Source: a virus. From it: 64,000 nt of DNA. The stretch is from IMG/VR virus record IMGVR_UViG_3300041409_000157, positions 8,117 through 72,116 of that record; one strand, 5' to 3'. The notes beneath the pieces were generated by a model that made no database searches, was not told where the DNA came from, and saw only the letters and a program-made list of their open reading frames with translations. The translations under genes and the position numbers were made by a program. The stretch's first letter is position 1. Each line of letters starts with the position of its first letter. Of the stretch, positions 17,685-26,752 are shown piece by piece.

Positions 17685-18416
17685 ATGACCACGCAGATAT
17701 TCGCAAGCCTCGCTGAATTCATGAAGCGCGAGGACAAAACCATCAACGGCATAACGCGGGAATTCGCAGACGAAAATCCCGGATGGGATTCAGAGCGCGA
17801 AAATGAGGGGTGCTGGAACTGCTACGACTGCTCCGGCTGCTCCCGCTGCTCCGACTGCTCCCGCTGCTCCGGCTGCTCCGGCTGCTCCCGCTGCTCCGAC
17901 TGCTCCCGCTGCTCCGGCTGCTCCGGCTGCTCCCGCTGCTCCGGCTGCTCCGGCTGCTACGGCTGCTACCGCTGCTACCGCTGCTCCGACTGCTCCGGCT
18001 GCTCCGGCTGCTACGGCTGCTCCGGCTGCTCCGGCTGCTCCGGCTGCTCCGGCTGCTACGGCTGCTACGGCTGCTACCGCTGCTCCGGTGAGAACAAGAG
18101 CCCGCTGCCAAAGGTTCCGGTTCTGGAAAACATCCACCAAGCTATCCTTCAAGCGTCCTCCAAGCCTGACGCGCTCAACATGAGCAATTGGCACACGTGC
18201 GAGACGACCCACTGCCGGGCTGGGTGGGTGGTGCATCTTGCCGGAGAGCCGGGGAAGGCGCTGGAGCGGGAAACCTCCACGCTGTTCGCCGCAATGATGA
18301 TTTACGGCGCGTCTTCCAAGATAGGCGTTTCACCGGTGCGACTCTACGAAAATAACGAGAAAGCCATGGCCGACATGCAACGCTGCGCGGAACTTGAAGC
18401 GAAAGGAGCCGCGTGA
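17685..18416 (+). CDS. Cys-rich (Cxx)n repeat protein with C-terminal WHTC..THC.AGW domain
   Basis: About 30 tandem Cxx units followed by a domain also seen after pentapeptide repeats in phages. Confidence 0.75.
   Translation: MTTQIFASLAEFMKREDKTINGITREFADENPGWDSERENEGCWNCYDCSGCSRCSDCSRCSGCSGCSRCSDCSRCSGCSGCSRCSGCSGCYGCYRCYRCSDCSGCSGCYGCSGCSGCSGCSGCYGCYGCYRCSGENKSPLPKVPVLENIHQAILQASSKPDALNMSNWHTCETTHCRAGWVVHLAGEPGKALERETSTLFAAMMIYGASSKIGVSPVRLYENNEKAMADMQRCAELEAKGAA
17811..18089 (+). repeat. 9-bp tandem repeat (TGC-TMC-SRC)
   Basis: Directly visible; encodes CSG/CSR/CSD/CYG/CYR. Confidence 0.95.
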
Positions 18417-18751
18417 AACACAATCCCCACACCGCAAGCCTCGCCGTCCGCGCCCTCCTTGAACGCACCTCCCGCATAGCCAAGACGTTGGCGGATGGCC
18501 GGGAGCGGGACGCCCACCTGCACAGCCTCAAGCCTGCCCAGCGCCCTTGGGACTCCACCTGGGCGAATGCATGGCAGGCTTACCGGCTGACGGCCGAGCA
18601 GGTCCACGGGCCGACGCATATCCTGACGGGGGCGGAAGCGCAGGCCATCCATGAGGCGGTGCAAGTGGCCATGCCGGAGCTGTTCGCGGATTATTGGGAG
18701 GAGCTTTACCACAAGGCTCTGACGGGTAAATTGGATGAGGTTGCCAAGTGA
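18413..18751 (+). CDS. Hypothetical protein
   Basis: GTGA-coupled; GAAAGGAG upstream. Confidence 0.6.
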   Translation: MKHNPHTASLAVRALLERTSRIAKTLADGRERDAHLHSLKPAQRPWDSTWANAWQAYRLTAEQVHGPTHILTGAEAQAIHEAVQVAMPELFADYWEELYHKALTGKLDEVAK

Positions 18752-18948
18752 AACCCAACGTGGACACAATCGTAATAACCCACACTGGAGCACCCCTCGT
18801 GATCTTCCCTGAAGTGGCTGAAAAGCTGGGGCTTAAGCATGGCCAGAATTTGTCGGAAGAACAGTTCTGGACTACGCTAGCAGCCAACTCTTTGCGCGGG
18901 ATCGAGAAATGCCATCAAGAAATTCAGGAACAAAGCTTTCCCGCATGA
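18748..18948 (+). CDS. Hypothetical protein
   Basis: GTGA-coupled. Confidence 0.55.
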   Translation: MKPNVDTIVITHTGAPLVIFPEVAEKLGLKHGQNLSEEQFWTTLAANSLRGIEKCHQEIQEQSFPA

Positions 18949-19103
18949 CCACCACCCAGGAACTCGCCGCCCTGAAAGCCAAGTCTGACGCATGGCTTCA
19001 GGGATTCCTCCACAGTGCCAACCCCTTCTGGAGCGAGTTGCCCGAGGTGGATCTCGCCACGCAGAAGCCCGAGACGGAGCCGGAGGCTAAATCGCCACTG
19101 TAA
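18945..19103 (+). CDS. Hypothetical protein
   Basis: ATGA-coupled, 52 aa. Confidence 0.45.
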   Translation: MTTTQELAALKAKSDAWLQGFLHSANPFWSELPEVDLATQKPETEPEAKSPL

Positions 19104-19321
19104 TATCCTCGTGCCGCTCCGCCTGACGGCGATCCCGGCGGCCGATGCGCTCGCCCAGCTCCGCCCGCAGCGCACGCCCCCGGGCCGAGCAGTCATCCGT
19201 CAATGCCATCAGCGCCTCCCCCGTGAGCAGGGGCAGGTCGAATTCGTGACGGATACCGTGCCGGATGCGCAGCGTCTTCATAACTTCACCAATGGCACAC
19301 TATTAGAGGAACTGCAACAGC

Positions 19322-19531
19322 TTAATCCGAGACGGTCAGGCAGTAGGTTCGCTGGCCGTTCACTTTCCGCACCTCGACGTCCATGGCGAACACCTTCCGG
19401 CCCTCTCGCTTGAGGCGTGCGACGGTGGCGGAAAACTGTGCGCCTGAAATCCTGAGACGGAGGTCCACCGGCTTGGGCTTGGGGGGAGCTTTGGGCGCGT
19501 CAATGTGTGGGATGGGGGCGCTTCGGCTCAT
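19322..19531 (-). CDS. Hypothetical protein
   Basis: ATGA-coupled to the MTase stop; MSRSAPIPH... Confidence 0.5.
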   Translation of the reverse strand: MSRSAPIPHIDAPKAPPKPKPVDLRLRISGAQFSATVARLKREGRKVFAMDVEVRKVNGQRTYCLTVSD

Positions 19532-20277
19532 TGGCAGTCTAGGTAGGCTCCGATGAATTCCGCGGCGAGGGGTGGGACAATGGCGTTGCCGTAGCCCCGC
19601 AGGAGCCCCACTCTTCCGGGAACCCCATAAGACGGCGATAAAACGTCGGCGACACTGAGAGTTGACAAACTTCCTCGATTGCCAGGCCACGATTCAGTGC
19701 AAATATACGTGCTTGGTCTTCCAGGTTTTTGGCATTTCCAATCCTCCACCGAGATCCCCCTGAGTCCCCTCTCCTCCTCGGTGTCTGCCACCCAGAACAA
19801 TCTTTGCCGGATGTGCGGAGCACCGATGCCAGCAGCGCACAGATCGGCTGCTGCCCGGCGATAGGCCACTCTTTCCAGGTCAGCGAATACTCCGGCGAGC
19901 CATGCCCGGCCAGCCGCGCTTGCAACCTGCTCGCCAAAGCACACTGGAGGGCGGCACTGCTTGATAAGCTCGAAGAAGACAGGCCAGAGGTGTCTTGGGT
20001 CGCTGGTTCCTCCACCCGCGCCAGCAACGGAGAAGGGCTGGCATGGACAGCTTCCGGTCCACACGGGGCGGTCTTCGGGCCATCCGGCGAGGCGCAAGGC
20101 GAGCGGCCAGCCTCCAATTCCTGCAAAGCAATGCACTTGAACAAACCCGGAAAGGTCGGATAGTCGAATTTTTTGGATGTCCTGCTCATCTACGATTCCG
20201 TTCGGTATCAGCTTTCGACGAATCAATTCACGCAGCCACGCAGCCGCGTTCGGGTCATGCTCGTTGTAGTAGTTCAC
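19528..20277 (-). CDS. C5-cytosine DNA methyltransferase, alpha-type polypeptide
   Basis: FAGIGG (I), GSCPCQPFS (IV), EQV (VI), R.RLFWV (VIII), GYGNAIVP (X); motif IX not seen in this frame; GTGA-coupled start at 20277. Confidence 0.85.
   Translation of the reverse strand: MNYYNEHDPNAAAWLRELIRRKLIPNGIVDEQDIQKIRLSDLSGFVQVHCFAGIGGWPLALRLAGWPEDRPVWTGSCPCQPFSVAGAGGGTSDPRHLWPVFFELIKQCRPPVCFGEQVASAAGRAWLAGVFADLERVAYRRAAADLCAAGIGAPHIRQRLFWVADTEEERGLRGISVEDWKCQKPGRPSTYICTESWPGNRGSLSTLSVADVLSPSYGVPGRVGLLRGYGNAIVPPLAAEFIGAYLDCQ
19539..20189 (-). CDS. Nested alternative-frame ORF, probable beta polypeptide of the C5 MTase
   Basis: Fully inside the MTase gene; ends SPTFYRRLMGFPEEW, matching C5-MTase motif IX; start uncertain. 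Confidence 0.65.
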   Translation of the reverse strand: MSRTSKKFDYPTFPGLFKCIALQELEAGRSPCASPDGPKTAPCGPEAVHASPSPLLARVEEPATQDTSGLSSSSLSSSAALQCALASRLQARLAGHGSPEYSLTWKEWPIAGQQPICALLASVLRTSGKDCSGWQTPRRRGDSGGSRWRIGNAKNLEDQARIFALNRGLAIEEVCQLSVSPTFYRRLMGFPEEWGSCGATATPLSHPSPRNSSEPT

Positions 20278-20681
20278 CTTCCAAACCTGCTCCCCTCCGC
20301 GCCACCCGCCGCCGCCATCCTCCGCTGGAACACCTCCACGGGCACCGTCAGTGGAAGATGCCGCACTTCCCATGTCCTCGGAGCCTCCCCCATGGCAGTC
20401 TTGTAGCGGTCAGACACTGCGGCAAGTCGATTGGGGAGCCTCTTCAGGTCATGGCCAAAGGCACCCACTGAGCAGAGCCAGTCATCGAGCTGCTGGCCCA
20501 GGGTTTTCGCCTGCGGCCGGGTGAGATGGTCCAGGCAGTCGGGGATGCCGTAGCCAGTGCCGTCACGAGTAATCACGTCGAGGTGTGCTGCTTCGGCGGT
20601 CTGGTAGCTGACCACGCCCCGGAACATGCCGACGCGGAGCGCGAAGGCGGTGCCGGAAGGGATGATGTGGACGTGGGTCAC
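20274..20681 (-). CDS. Hypothetical protein
   Basis: Coupled on both sides. Confidence 0.6.
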   Translation of the reverse strand: MTHVHIIPSGTAFALRVGMFRGVVSYQTAEAAHLDVITRDGTGYGIPDCLDHLTRPQAKTLGQQLDDWLCSVGAFGHDLKRLPNRLAAVSDRYKTAMGEAPRTWEVRHLPLTVPVEVFQRRMAAAGGAEGSRFGR

Positions 20682-20935
20682 GTGCGCATTCCCGTCATCT
20701 TTTTACACCACTCAAGGTCACTCTTAGCAAGCTGCTGCTCACGAAACGAGGTTGCTTCCTTGATGATAATTTTTAGCAGTCTCACCTGCCGGTCCTTGTT
20801 GCGGTATTGCTCGCACCGCTCATCGCTTGGGGGAACTTCCCTGTCGCAATGCGGGCAGATGGTCTTCGGAGCGGCCTTCACCGCCTCTACATCCTTCAGC
20901 CATTGCTCAATCTCTTTAATTTCAAGTGCTGTCAT
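20678..20935 (-). CDS. Hypothetical protein (CPHC)
   Basis: Coupled on both sides. Confidence 0.55.
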   Translation of the reverse strand: MTALEIKEIEQWLKDVEAVKAAPKTICPHCDREVPPSDERCEQYRNKDRQVRLLKIIIKEATSFREQQLAKSDLEWCKKMTGMRT

Positions 20936-21567
20936 GGGGTGTTTCGTTTGAGGTTTTTTGCGATTCCGATAAGCAGTTCACGGAATGCTGCCGGGGTGTG
21001 AATGCGTGGAGTGCTGTCTGTGCCTCCACCGCGTGCGCCGACCTCCCCAAGACGCTTTGCACGTTTCAGTCCCATTCGAGCTACCACAACCGGGTCGTAT
21101 TGAGCTTCGGTGTGCCCCCAAGTCAGTTCCTGCAGTTCCACTCCGCAAACATAAAGCATGGTCGGCTTTCTAGCGTAATGCCCATAGCGACCCTGTTCCA
21201 CACAACATGTCCACCCGCCGAGCGTATCAGCGGAAATCCATCCACCAGAACGCGGTGGAACCTTCAGCCAAAAGTGCGGCCATGCGTGGCTCTGCCATGG
21301 GTGCTCCAGCACGCCGCCCCATTGACGCACGGCCTCCAGCGCAGCCTTGAAGCATCCCCCGTCATCACCCTTCACCTTTCGCACGCCGGTCAGCTTCACG
21401 GCGAGCGGTTGTCCGAACCACATTTTCCCCCAGCGTTGGCATGGTGGATGAGCAACCACTGGATGCGGCCCAGCGTATAGCCTGGCGTCACGACTTTCCG
21501 GCCATGCGTCCACGTCGGGAAGTCCGACGTAGCAACCACCTTCTTGGACGAATAAGGCAGCGATCAT
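20932..21567 (-). CDS. C5-methyltransferase-like protein
   Basis: VVAHPPC (motif IV-like), VLEHP (VI-like), K.T.LY and TP..F; lacks a clear FxGxG. Confidence 0.6.
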   Translation of the reverse strand: MIAALFVQEGGCYVGLPDVDAWPESRDARLYAGPHPVVAHPPCQRWGKMWFGQPLAVKLTGVRKVKGDDGGCFKAALEAVRQWGGVLEHPWQSHAWPHFWLKVPPRSGGWISADTLGGWTCCVEQGRYGHYARKPTMLYVCGVELQELTWGHTEAQYDPVVVARMGLKRAKRLGEVGARGGGTDSTPRIHTPAAFRELLIGIAKNLKRNTP

Positions 21568-21929
21568 ATCGCCATCTCCATCTGCCCGCGCATGGGCGTC
21601 AGGTCATGCGCCTTTAGGAACGCCCGCGCCAGCGCAGCACTGCCAAGGGTCCATGCGAAAACGATGCGGCCCTTCTGCGCAGCGACCTTGGAGTTGCGCC
21701 AGATGGTCGTCTTCCTGATGACGCCCGCTCGGGCGAGCACCTTAAAAGAATTTCCAACCGCGTTTCTCGCGTCTGCTGGAACCTTGGAGAAGTCCGTCTC
21801 GTCGGGCCACAGGAGCGGCTTCCGCTCGTCCAATGCGGCGCGGGCGATGGCTTCCATGGCGGAGCGAAGGTCGGCTGGCTTGAAGCAGAGCATTAGGGCA
21901 ATGGCGTCATCCTGGGTGGGTGTGCTCAT
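21564..21929 (-). CDS. Hypothetical (winged-helix-like) protein
   Basis: NAVGN.F..LARAG.I pattern. Confidence 0.6.
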   Translation of the reverse strand: MSTPTQDDAIALMLCFKPADLRSAMEAIARAALDERKPLLWPDETDFSKVPADARNAVGNSFKVLARAGVIRKTTIWRNSKVAAQKGRIVFAWTLGSAALARAFLKAHDLTPMRGQMEMAI

Positions 21930-21931
21930 GG

Positions 21932-22288
21932 TCAGAACTGTTTCCCGCCAGCGATCAATCTGGCCTCATGCTTGTGGTCCTCGCGCTGGGCATTGAATGC
22001 CATCTTGGCGTCGAACACCTCCTGCACGTTGATGTTCGGGTGGATGCCTGCCAAGTAATCCAGCTCCCGGATGATGGCGTCCACGATTTCCACCGCAGCC
22101 ATGGGATACTGCGGCAGCTTGTCGTCCATCAGGTTCTTGCGCTCCCCCTCCAACGCTTCTGACACCTCAGAGTGAATCAGGGCCAGCAGTTCGCCACGAT
22201 TGCGCTTGATGGGTTGGCCGGTGGACGGGTCTTGCCACCACTTGATGTTGGCAGCGTGGACGGTCTTGGATAGTTCGTTAAGGTTCAT
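21932..22288 (-). CDS. MazG-like NTP pyrophosphohydrolase
   Basis: LALIHSEVSEALE...EIVDAIIR...K...N..R. Confidence 0.85.
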   Translation of the reverse strand: MNLNELSKTVHAANIKWWQDPSTGQPIKRNRGELLALIHSEVSEALEGERKNLMDDKLPQYPMAAVEIVDAIIRELDYLAGIHPNINVQEVFDAKMAFNAQREDHKHEARLIAGGKQF

Positions 22289-22767
22289 GGTTTGATGATG
22301 CTGTTGAAAAACTCCACCGCCTCCTCCTTGGAAAATACCACGGCGGTCCTCGCTCCAGCCTTGCGCATCCAGGCTAGCTCGCCTAGCTGGTCGGTGGTCG
22401 GTTTCTCGCCACTACGCTTTACCTCAAGGCCAAACGGCACTCCGTAGGTGCGCTTGCTAATCATATCGCTGACCATAATGCAGCCGACAAAATCCGGCAC
22501 GCCCTTGCGAGAGGTTGTAGCCATGTCCATCCTCTTACGATCCCACCAAGCAATGTGGCAGATAGATCGAAGATAGCTCTCGATCTCCTCCTGAATTACG
22601 CTCTCAAGTTTCCGGTTGGCCTTCACCAGTGTAGAGGCCTTCTTCTGCGTCACCCTCTCCCGAGATTCCGCCAGCAGACTTGCGGCGGTATCGATCTTGG
22701 GGAGCTTGCCGAGGGCGACGCGCCGGTTGTGCGCCTCGACGTCGGCCATGGTGCGGGGGATGCTCAC
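22285..22767 (-). CDS. VRR-NUC (PD-D/ExK) nuclease
   Basis: LES..Q, GVPD, LEVKR..EKP..DQ. Confidence 0.8.
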   Translation of the reverse strand: MSIPRTMADVEAHNRRVALGKLPKIDTAASLLAESRERVTQKKASTLVKANRKLESVIQEEIESYLRSICHIAWWDRKRMDMATTSRKGVPDFVGCIMVSDMISKRTYGVPFGLEVKRSGEKPTTDQLGELAWMRKAGARTAVVFSKEEAVEFFNSIIKP

Positions 22768-23054
22768 AAGCCCTCCTTCCGGGTCCACTTGTATTCGTCC
22801 TTCGCCTCGTCGTATTCCGAGGTCCAGGTCATTTTTCCGACCACGTTTCGATGCTCTCCAAATCCGATCTTCCGCTCACGCACTTCCATCACGCGAAAAT
22901 CATCCAGCGAGCCGCCGCCGCGAATGCTGTCCGGGTCATCCACGGTGATAGCCTGCATGGCGGACTCCCGAGTGAGGAACATGCCCAGCGGCCAGTATAT
23001 TTCCGGGTCGGTGGCATCCACAACCTCATAGACAGCTTCAATGAATTGGCTCAT
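22764..23054 (-). CDS. Hypothetical protein
   Basis: Coupled on both sides. Confidence 0.6.
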   Translation of the reverse strand: MSQFIEAVYEVVDATDPEIYWPLGMFLTRESAMQAITVDDPDSIRGGGSLDDFRVMEVRERKIGFGEHRNVVGKMTWTSEYDEAKDEYKWTRKEGL

Positions 23055-23212
23055 ACACTTTTCACTTTCGTCACCAGCTTCACCCTCACAATTTCATCCG
23101 TGGAGAACCGCTCCCTGCACTTCAGGCACTGGCGGCGGCGCAGGATGTATTCGCCCTTGTCCTGCTTGTCGATCACCCGGCTGCGGGGGTGCTGGCAGTG
23201 CGGACACCACAT
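23051..23212 (-). CDS. NrdR-like N-terminal Zn-ribbon protein
   Basis: MWCPHC...SRVID...RRRQCLKC.ERFST.E; no ATP cone. Confidence 0.75.
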   Translation of the reverse strand: MWCPHCQHPRSRVIDKQDKGEYILRRRQCLKCRERFSTDEIVRVKLVTKVKSV

Positions 23213-23387
23213 GGAGTTGAAGCCGGTGGGTTTCATCGAAACCCCTTTCCACCACAGCGCGAGCACTTGGAAAGCTCATATCCTCCAACCCAATCTTTTT
23301 GAGGATTCCAGAGCATGACCGTGCCTGTGCCTTTGCATTTCGGGCAGCGCGGACGCTTTCCAGGATTAGGTGGTAGCCATGGAGTTT

Positions 23388-23801
23388 TCATACCATCGCA
23401 ATAACCACATGCTTCCCATCACTCGAAAATTTGAACCGCGACACCAGCCTTGGGCGTTTCGCCACAGCGGCCACTGTGGAGGCGGTCCACGGCTTCTTCT
23501 GCTCGGGATTCCCGTTGATAATGGCCGCAAGGTCACCAGTCTTGAGCGGCCCATGAGCAGTCACGGCATCGAACAGCTTGCGTTCGGCTGGGGAGAATCC
23601 GTCAGGATCATTCCACTCAGGCACCGGCTCAAAGAGCTGCTCCGGGGAGCACCAGAAGCGGCGGCCGCAGGGCTGCTCCACGCGCACGAACTTGTGCGGT
23701 TGCTCAGAGTGCAGCTCCACGATCTTGACGTTCAGGATGCGTGCGTGCGGGGTTTCCTTGAGGGTGCACGGCTTGCCGGTGGTTAGGAGGGTGTGGTTCA
23801 T
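23388..23801 (-). CDS. Hypothetical protein with C-terminal winged helix
   Basis: FSPAERKL...HGPLKT.DLA pattern. Confidence 0.6.
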   Translation of the reverse strand: MNHTLLTTGKPCTLKETPHARILNVKIVELHSEQPHKFVRVEQPCGRRFWCSPEQLFEPVPEWNDPDGFSPAERKLFDAVTAHGPLKTGDLAAIINGNPEQKKPWTASTVAAVAKRPRLVSRFKFSSDGKHVVIAMV

Positions 23802-24067
23802 GACTCAACCCACTTTCCAAAGGTGCGCAGGAATGCCTCGGCGCGTTGCGATGCGGTAGCGCACTTGCTAATCCTCTGAGCGTAGCAATCAAGCGCACTA
23901 GTCCCGCATCCGTCGTGATTATTGTCTCTCCTCAGCACCGTCTCCGCCTCGTGCATGGCGTCGAGTGAGGTGGTGTAGTCTGGAATCCACTGAGGATGTT
24001 TATTCAAGGATGATTCAGTCCACCCACACACCTCCGCAATCGCAATTCTCTGAGCTTCCGGTGTCAT
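23798..24067 (-). CDS. Hypothetical protein (IAE..GW / PDY..L.A family)
   Basis: Paralogue of 53955-54365. Confidence 0.7.
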   Translation of the reverse strand: MTPEAQRIAIAEVCGWTESSLNKHPQWIPDYTTSLDAMHEAETVLRRDNNHDGCGTSALDCYAQRISKCATASQRAEAFLRTFGKWVES

Positions 24068-24486
24068 AGCAATCCCGCTTCCTTGGCAATCATCGGGTGG
24101 TCATGCGCGAAACGGTGGGCATTCCGGCAGACACCTGTCCACCCAGCTTCATCCAGCAAACGCTTCCCACTGCGGCCAAAGCGGTGGTGAATATCCACCG
24201 CCCGGTGATTCGCCCCATGCTTCACCGCGTCGGCAAATGCCATCGCGTTGTGGATCTGGAAGTCGGCCAGGCCGCTGGCCTTCAGGTCCAGCTTGAGGAT
24301 GGCTCCGCGAATAGCCTTGCAGGCATAACAGTAAGGCCGCTTCGCAAGGAACTTCTCCTTCTGCTCCCGGTAGGTGGCCATCTTGGCGGTCATGCTGGCG
24401 GAACGCTGGCGGAGGGTGCGCTTGGGCTTAGGCGCAAGCTGGCGCGGCTTGAGGCCGCCGGGCATTGATACCCACGGGGCTTTCAT
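24064..24486 (-). CDS. HNH-like Zn-binding protein
   Basis: CYAC...DIHH..GR...VCR.AH...H. Confidence 0.65.
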   Translation of the reverse strand: MKAPWVSMPGGLKPRQLAPKPKRTLRQRSASMTAKMATYREQKEKFLAKRPYCYACKAIRGAILKLDLKASGLADFQIHNAMAFADAVKHGANHRAVDIHHRFGRSGKRLLDEAGWTGVCRNAHRFAHDHPMIAKEAGLL

Positions 24487-24752
24487 TGAACTTTCAGGTT
24501 ACGCAGCTTCTCCAACTTCTTCTCCATCGCGGCGATCTTTTGCAGGCGCATCTTCTCCACCCTAACCAGGGCCTCCTCCCTGGTTTGATGCCAGTCGTCG
24601 CCGTGGTAGTAACGATGAGAGAACTGGCCAACACATTCAACCACGCTTCTCCCCATCCTTCCAAGCTCGTCCACGGATTTTTCTCTGACCACTTCACCTG
24701 TCATTTCGAGAATGCCTTTGGTGAGGGCGTATTTGGTGATGAAGAATTTCAT
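24483..24752 (-). CDS. Hypothetical protein
   Basis: MKFFITKYALTKGI... conserved phage pattern; start re-assigned. Confidence 0.65.
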   Translation of the reverse strand: MKFFITKYALTKGILEMTGEVVREKSVDELGRMGRSVVECVGQFSHRYYHGDDWHQTREEALVRVEKMRLQKIAAMEKKLEKLRNLKVQ

Positions 24753-25084
24753 AATTCCTGCGGGGCTTCCCCGCGCTTGATGGCTTGCTGGCAACCGAAC
24801 AGATAGAACGCCGAAAACTGGTGCTTACAGGGCTTCGGCGTGAAGTCCTTCACCTCATAGAATGGCTGCACGCGGCACCGGTAATCGGGGCACGAACAGC
24901 GGCCTCTTCCCCAAAATTCCACCACATCCACCAGATAGGTAGCCGCCGGAGCCACCACCATGCAGCGTTTGCACACGCCGGTAGCCGTGCGGCGAAACTC
25001 CCGGTGGCAGGTGCCGCAGCGGAGCGTGTTCACGGACTCGACCGTGAAGCGCGTCTCCTCGTGTGGTAGTGGGGTGATGTTCAC
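24749..25084 (-). CDS. SWIM zinc-finger protein
   Basis: CSCPDY...PCKH plus an N-terminal CxxC pair. Confidence 0.75.
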   Translation of the reverse strand: MNITPLPHEETRFTVESVNTLRCGTCHREFRRTATGVCKRCMVVAPAATYLVDVVEFWGRGRCSCPDYRCRVQPFYEVKDFTPKPCKHQFSAFYLFGCQQAIKRGEAPQEL

Positions 25085-25602
25085 GCCAAGTCCTCCACGT
25101 TGAAGATGGACTCGACGATTTCAAAGTTACCTTCATCCACGCCAGTCTCCCAGTCCACACTCCTGTGCCACTCGACCTTGTAAAGCACGCTGGCGTATGC
25201 CTCCACAATTGGTGACTTGGATGACATCTCCTTGGCGGCTTCCACAAGAAGGTCCCCGTCATCATCCAGTAATTCCCACTGTTCACTCAGCCATGAGTAG
25301 TCAATAATCTGCCGCTCTTCTGTCCGGCGTGAGACTCCGACCACCAGATAACTGCGCGACTCGGTGCAGGCGAATGGGCAATCTCCGGGGCCGTCCACAA
25401 GCTCACCAAACTCCTCCTCGCCAACAACTTTCCAGGTCCCGTCCAGAAAGACCGCGATGTGAACTGAATCCCAGACTGGGTGTCCCTTACCGGTGAACTC
25501 ATCCCCAATCTGAATCTCGCCGGGAGCTGGGTAATTCCTGTGGTCGCGCACCTCCGACAAGGATGGGAACAGTCGGTATTCCGAAGTGAGGAAAATGTTC
25601 AT
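25081..25602 (-). CDS. Acidic hypothetical protein
   Basis: ATGA-coupled. Confidence 0.6.
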   Translation of the reverse strand: MNIFLTSEYRLFPSLSEVRDHRNYPAPGEIQIGDEFTGKGHPVWDSVHIAVFLDGTWKVVGEEEFGELVDGPGDCPFACTESRSYLVVGVSRRTEERQIIDYSWLSEQWELLDDDGDLLVEAAKEMSSKSPIVEAYASVLYKVEWHRSVDWETGVDEGNFEIVESIFNVEDLA

Positions 25603-26432
25603 ACCGGTGGAAGCTTGAGAATCTTCCGCAGGCCCATGCACCCCTCCTCCGGCCCCACGACACCATCCGACTCCAGCTCCTCAATGATGGCGAATGCCTG
25701 TGCGTAGGACAGGCGCAGGCGGCGCTGGATGAGGCTGGGTGTGGCCTTTTGCTCGGAGCGGATGACTTCGATGGCTTGCTGTTTAAGTGAATCCCCCGCC
25801 GCAACAGGCTGAGTGCTTGTTTGGCACCGACTCAGCGCCGCTTGGTTTGACGCGGCTATGCCCTGTTGCGCTACCGGCACCGCCTGACCAGCATCAGGAT
25901 GGGCGATCACTTTGTCGCGCTCGGTTACGGCTTGGGCCAGCACAGGCACGGGGGAAGTATCAGGTCGCGGCCTCAACGCCAAGCTACCGCAGTCTTTGGT
26001 CACGTTAACCCCGGACTGTTTCGCCGTGGGAATTATACCCACCGACCCTAAATCTGGTGCCGCAAACAACGGCAGCGGCAATTCGTAATCCTTCTTCGTC
26101 ATCGGCACCTCGGCCAGAAGATGATGCTTCAGCGCATCATCCGCCGCGAAATACCGCTTGGTTCCCGCCGTAGGGTTGAACTCCACAATGACCTCCACGG
26201 GCCGCAGCTCGGAACCCTTCACCAGCAGCTTCCGCGTGGCCTCCACGATGGACCGCTGCGCGCCAACCTTCTGCTGGAAGCCCTTGGCGATCTCCGCCAG
26301 CTCCGCATCCAGCCTGCCGATCTCCGTCAGGGCGGCGTTCTGCATGGAGGACAGGCCGTTACGCTCCTCTAAGGTGAACGTGTGTGGGAGGTCCACCACG
26401 GCGATGCCGTCAGGCTGGGGTTGGCGATTCAT
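25599..26432 (-). CDS. Protein with C-terminal FtsK-gamma domain
   Basis: QAIEVI..QKATPSLIQRRLRLSY..A..IIEELE..GVVGP. Confidence 0.8.
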   Translation of the reverse strand: MNRQPQPDGIAVVDLPHTFTLEERNGLSSMQNAALTEIGRLDAELAEIAKGFQQKVGAQRSIVEATRKLLVKGSELRPVEVIVEFNPTAGTKRYFAADDALKHHLLAEVPMTKKDYELPLPLFAAPDLGSVGIIPTAKQSGVNVTKDCGSLALRPRPDTSPVPVLAQAVTERDKVIAHPDAGQAVPVAQQGIAASNQAALSRCQTSTQPVAAGDSLKQQAIEVIRSEQKATPSLIQRRLRLSYAQAFAIIEELESDGVVGPEEGCMGLRKILKLPPV

Positions 26433-26752
26433 TGCATGAAGAAGAGATCAACGCGGATGCCGTCAGCGTTGGTGCAGACGGCCACGTTGCGGCCATAATT
26501 CTTGTCGGCGTAGTTCTCAAAGTTCTCCTTGGACTGGCCATCCATGGAAAGGTCCAGAGCCTTGATTAGCGCACGCTTGTCGAACGGTTGTGCCGGATCA
26601 TGCGGATAGGCGATGACATCAAAGTCTTTCCTGGATTCACCCTTGAAAAGGACTGATCCAGTGAGCCCGAGGTGGAAGTTCATGCCCGCAGCGATTGGCT
26701 CCTTGCTGCGAATCCATGCCACCGCAATTTTGGGAGTGATTGTGCCGTTCAT
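26429..26752 (-). CDS. Nucleotidyltransferase-like protein
   Basis: GLTGS...KDFDV..YP and VDLFF resemble the GS/DxD/D motifs of minimal Pol-beta-family NTases. Confidence 0.55.
   Translation of the reverse strand: MNGTITPKIAVAWIRSKEPIAAGMNFHLGLTGSVLFKGESRKDFDVIAYPHDPAQPFDKRALIKALDLSMDGQSKENFENYADKNYGRNVAVCTNADGIRVDLFFMQ

Noticed and set aside
17811-18089. CRISPR array or DGR variable region
   Set aside because: No unique spacers, no cas or reverse transcriptase gene, and no template/variable repeat pair seen.
17743-18236. Alternative-frame ORFs over the 9-bp repeat (poly-SSR, AAG, APA, LLR)
   Set aside because: They arise from a stop-free repeat; only the Cys frame has sensible flanking domains.
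7529-22288. Z-base (2-aminoadenine) pathway from HD plus MazG genes
   Set aside because: No PurZ homologue or DNA polymerase in the window; the two genes are unlinked and common in phages.
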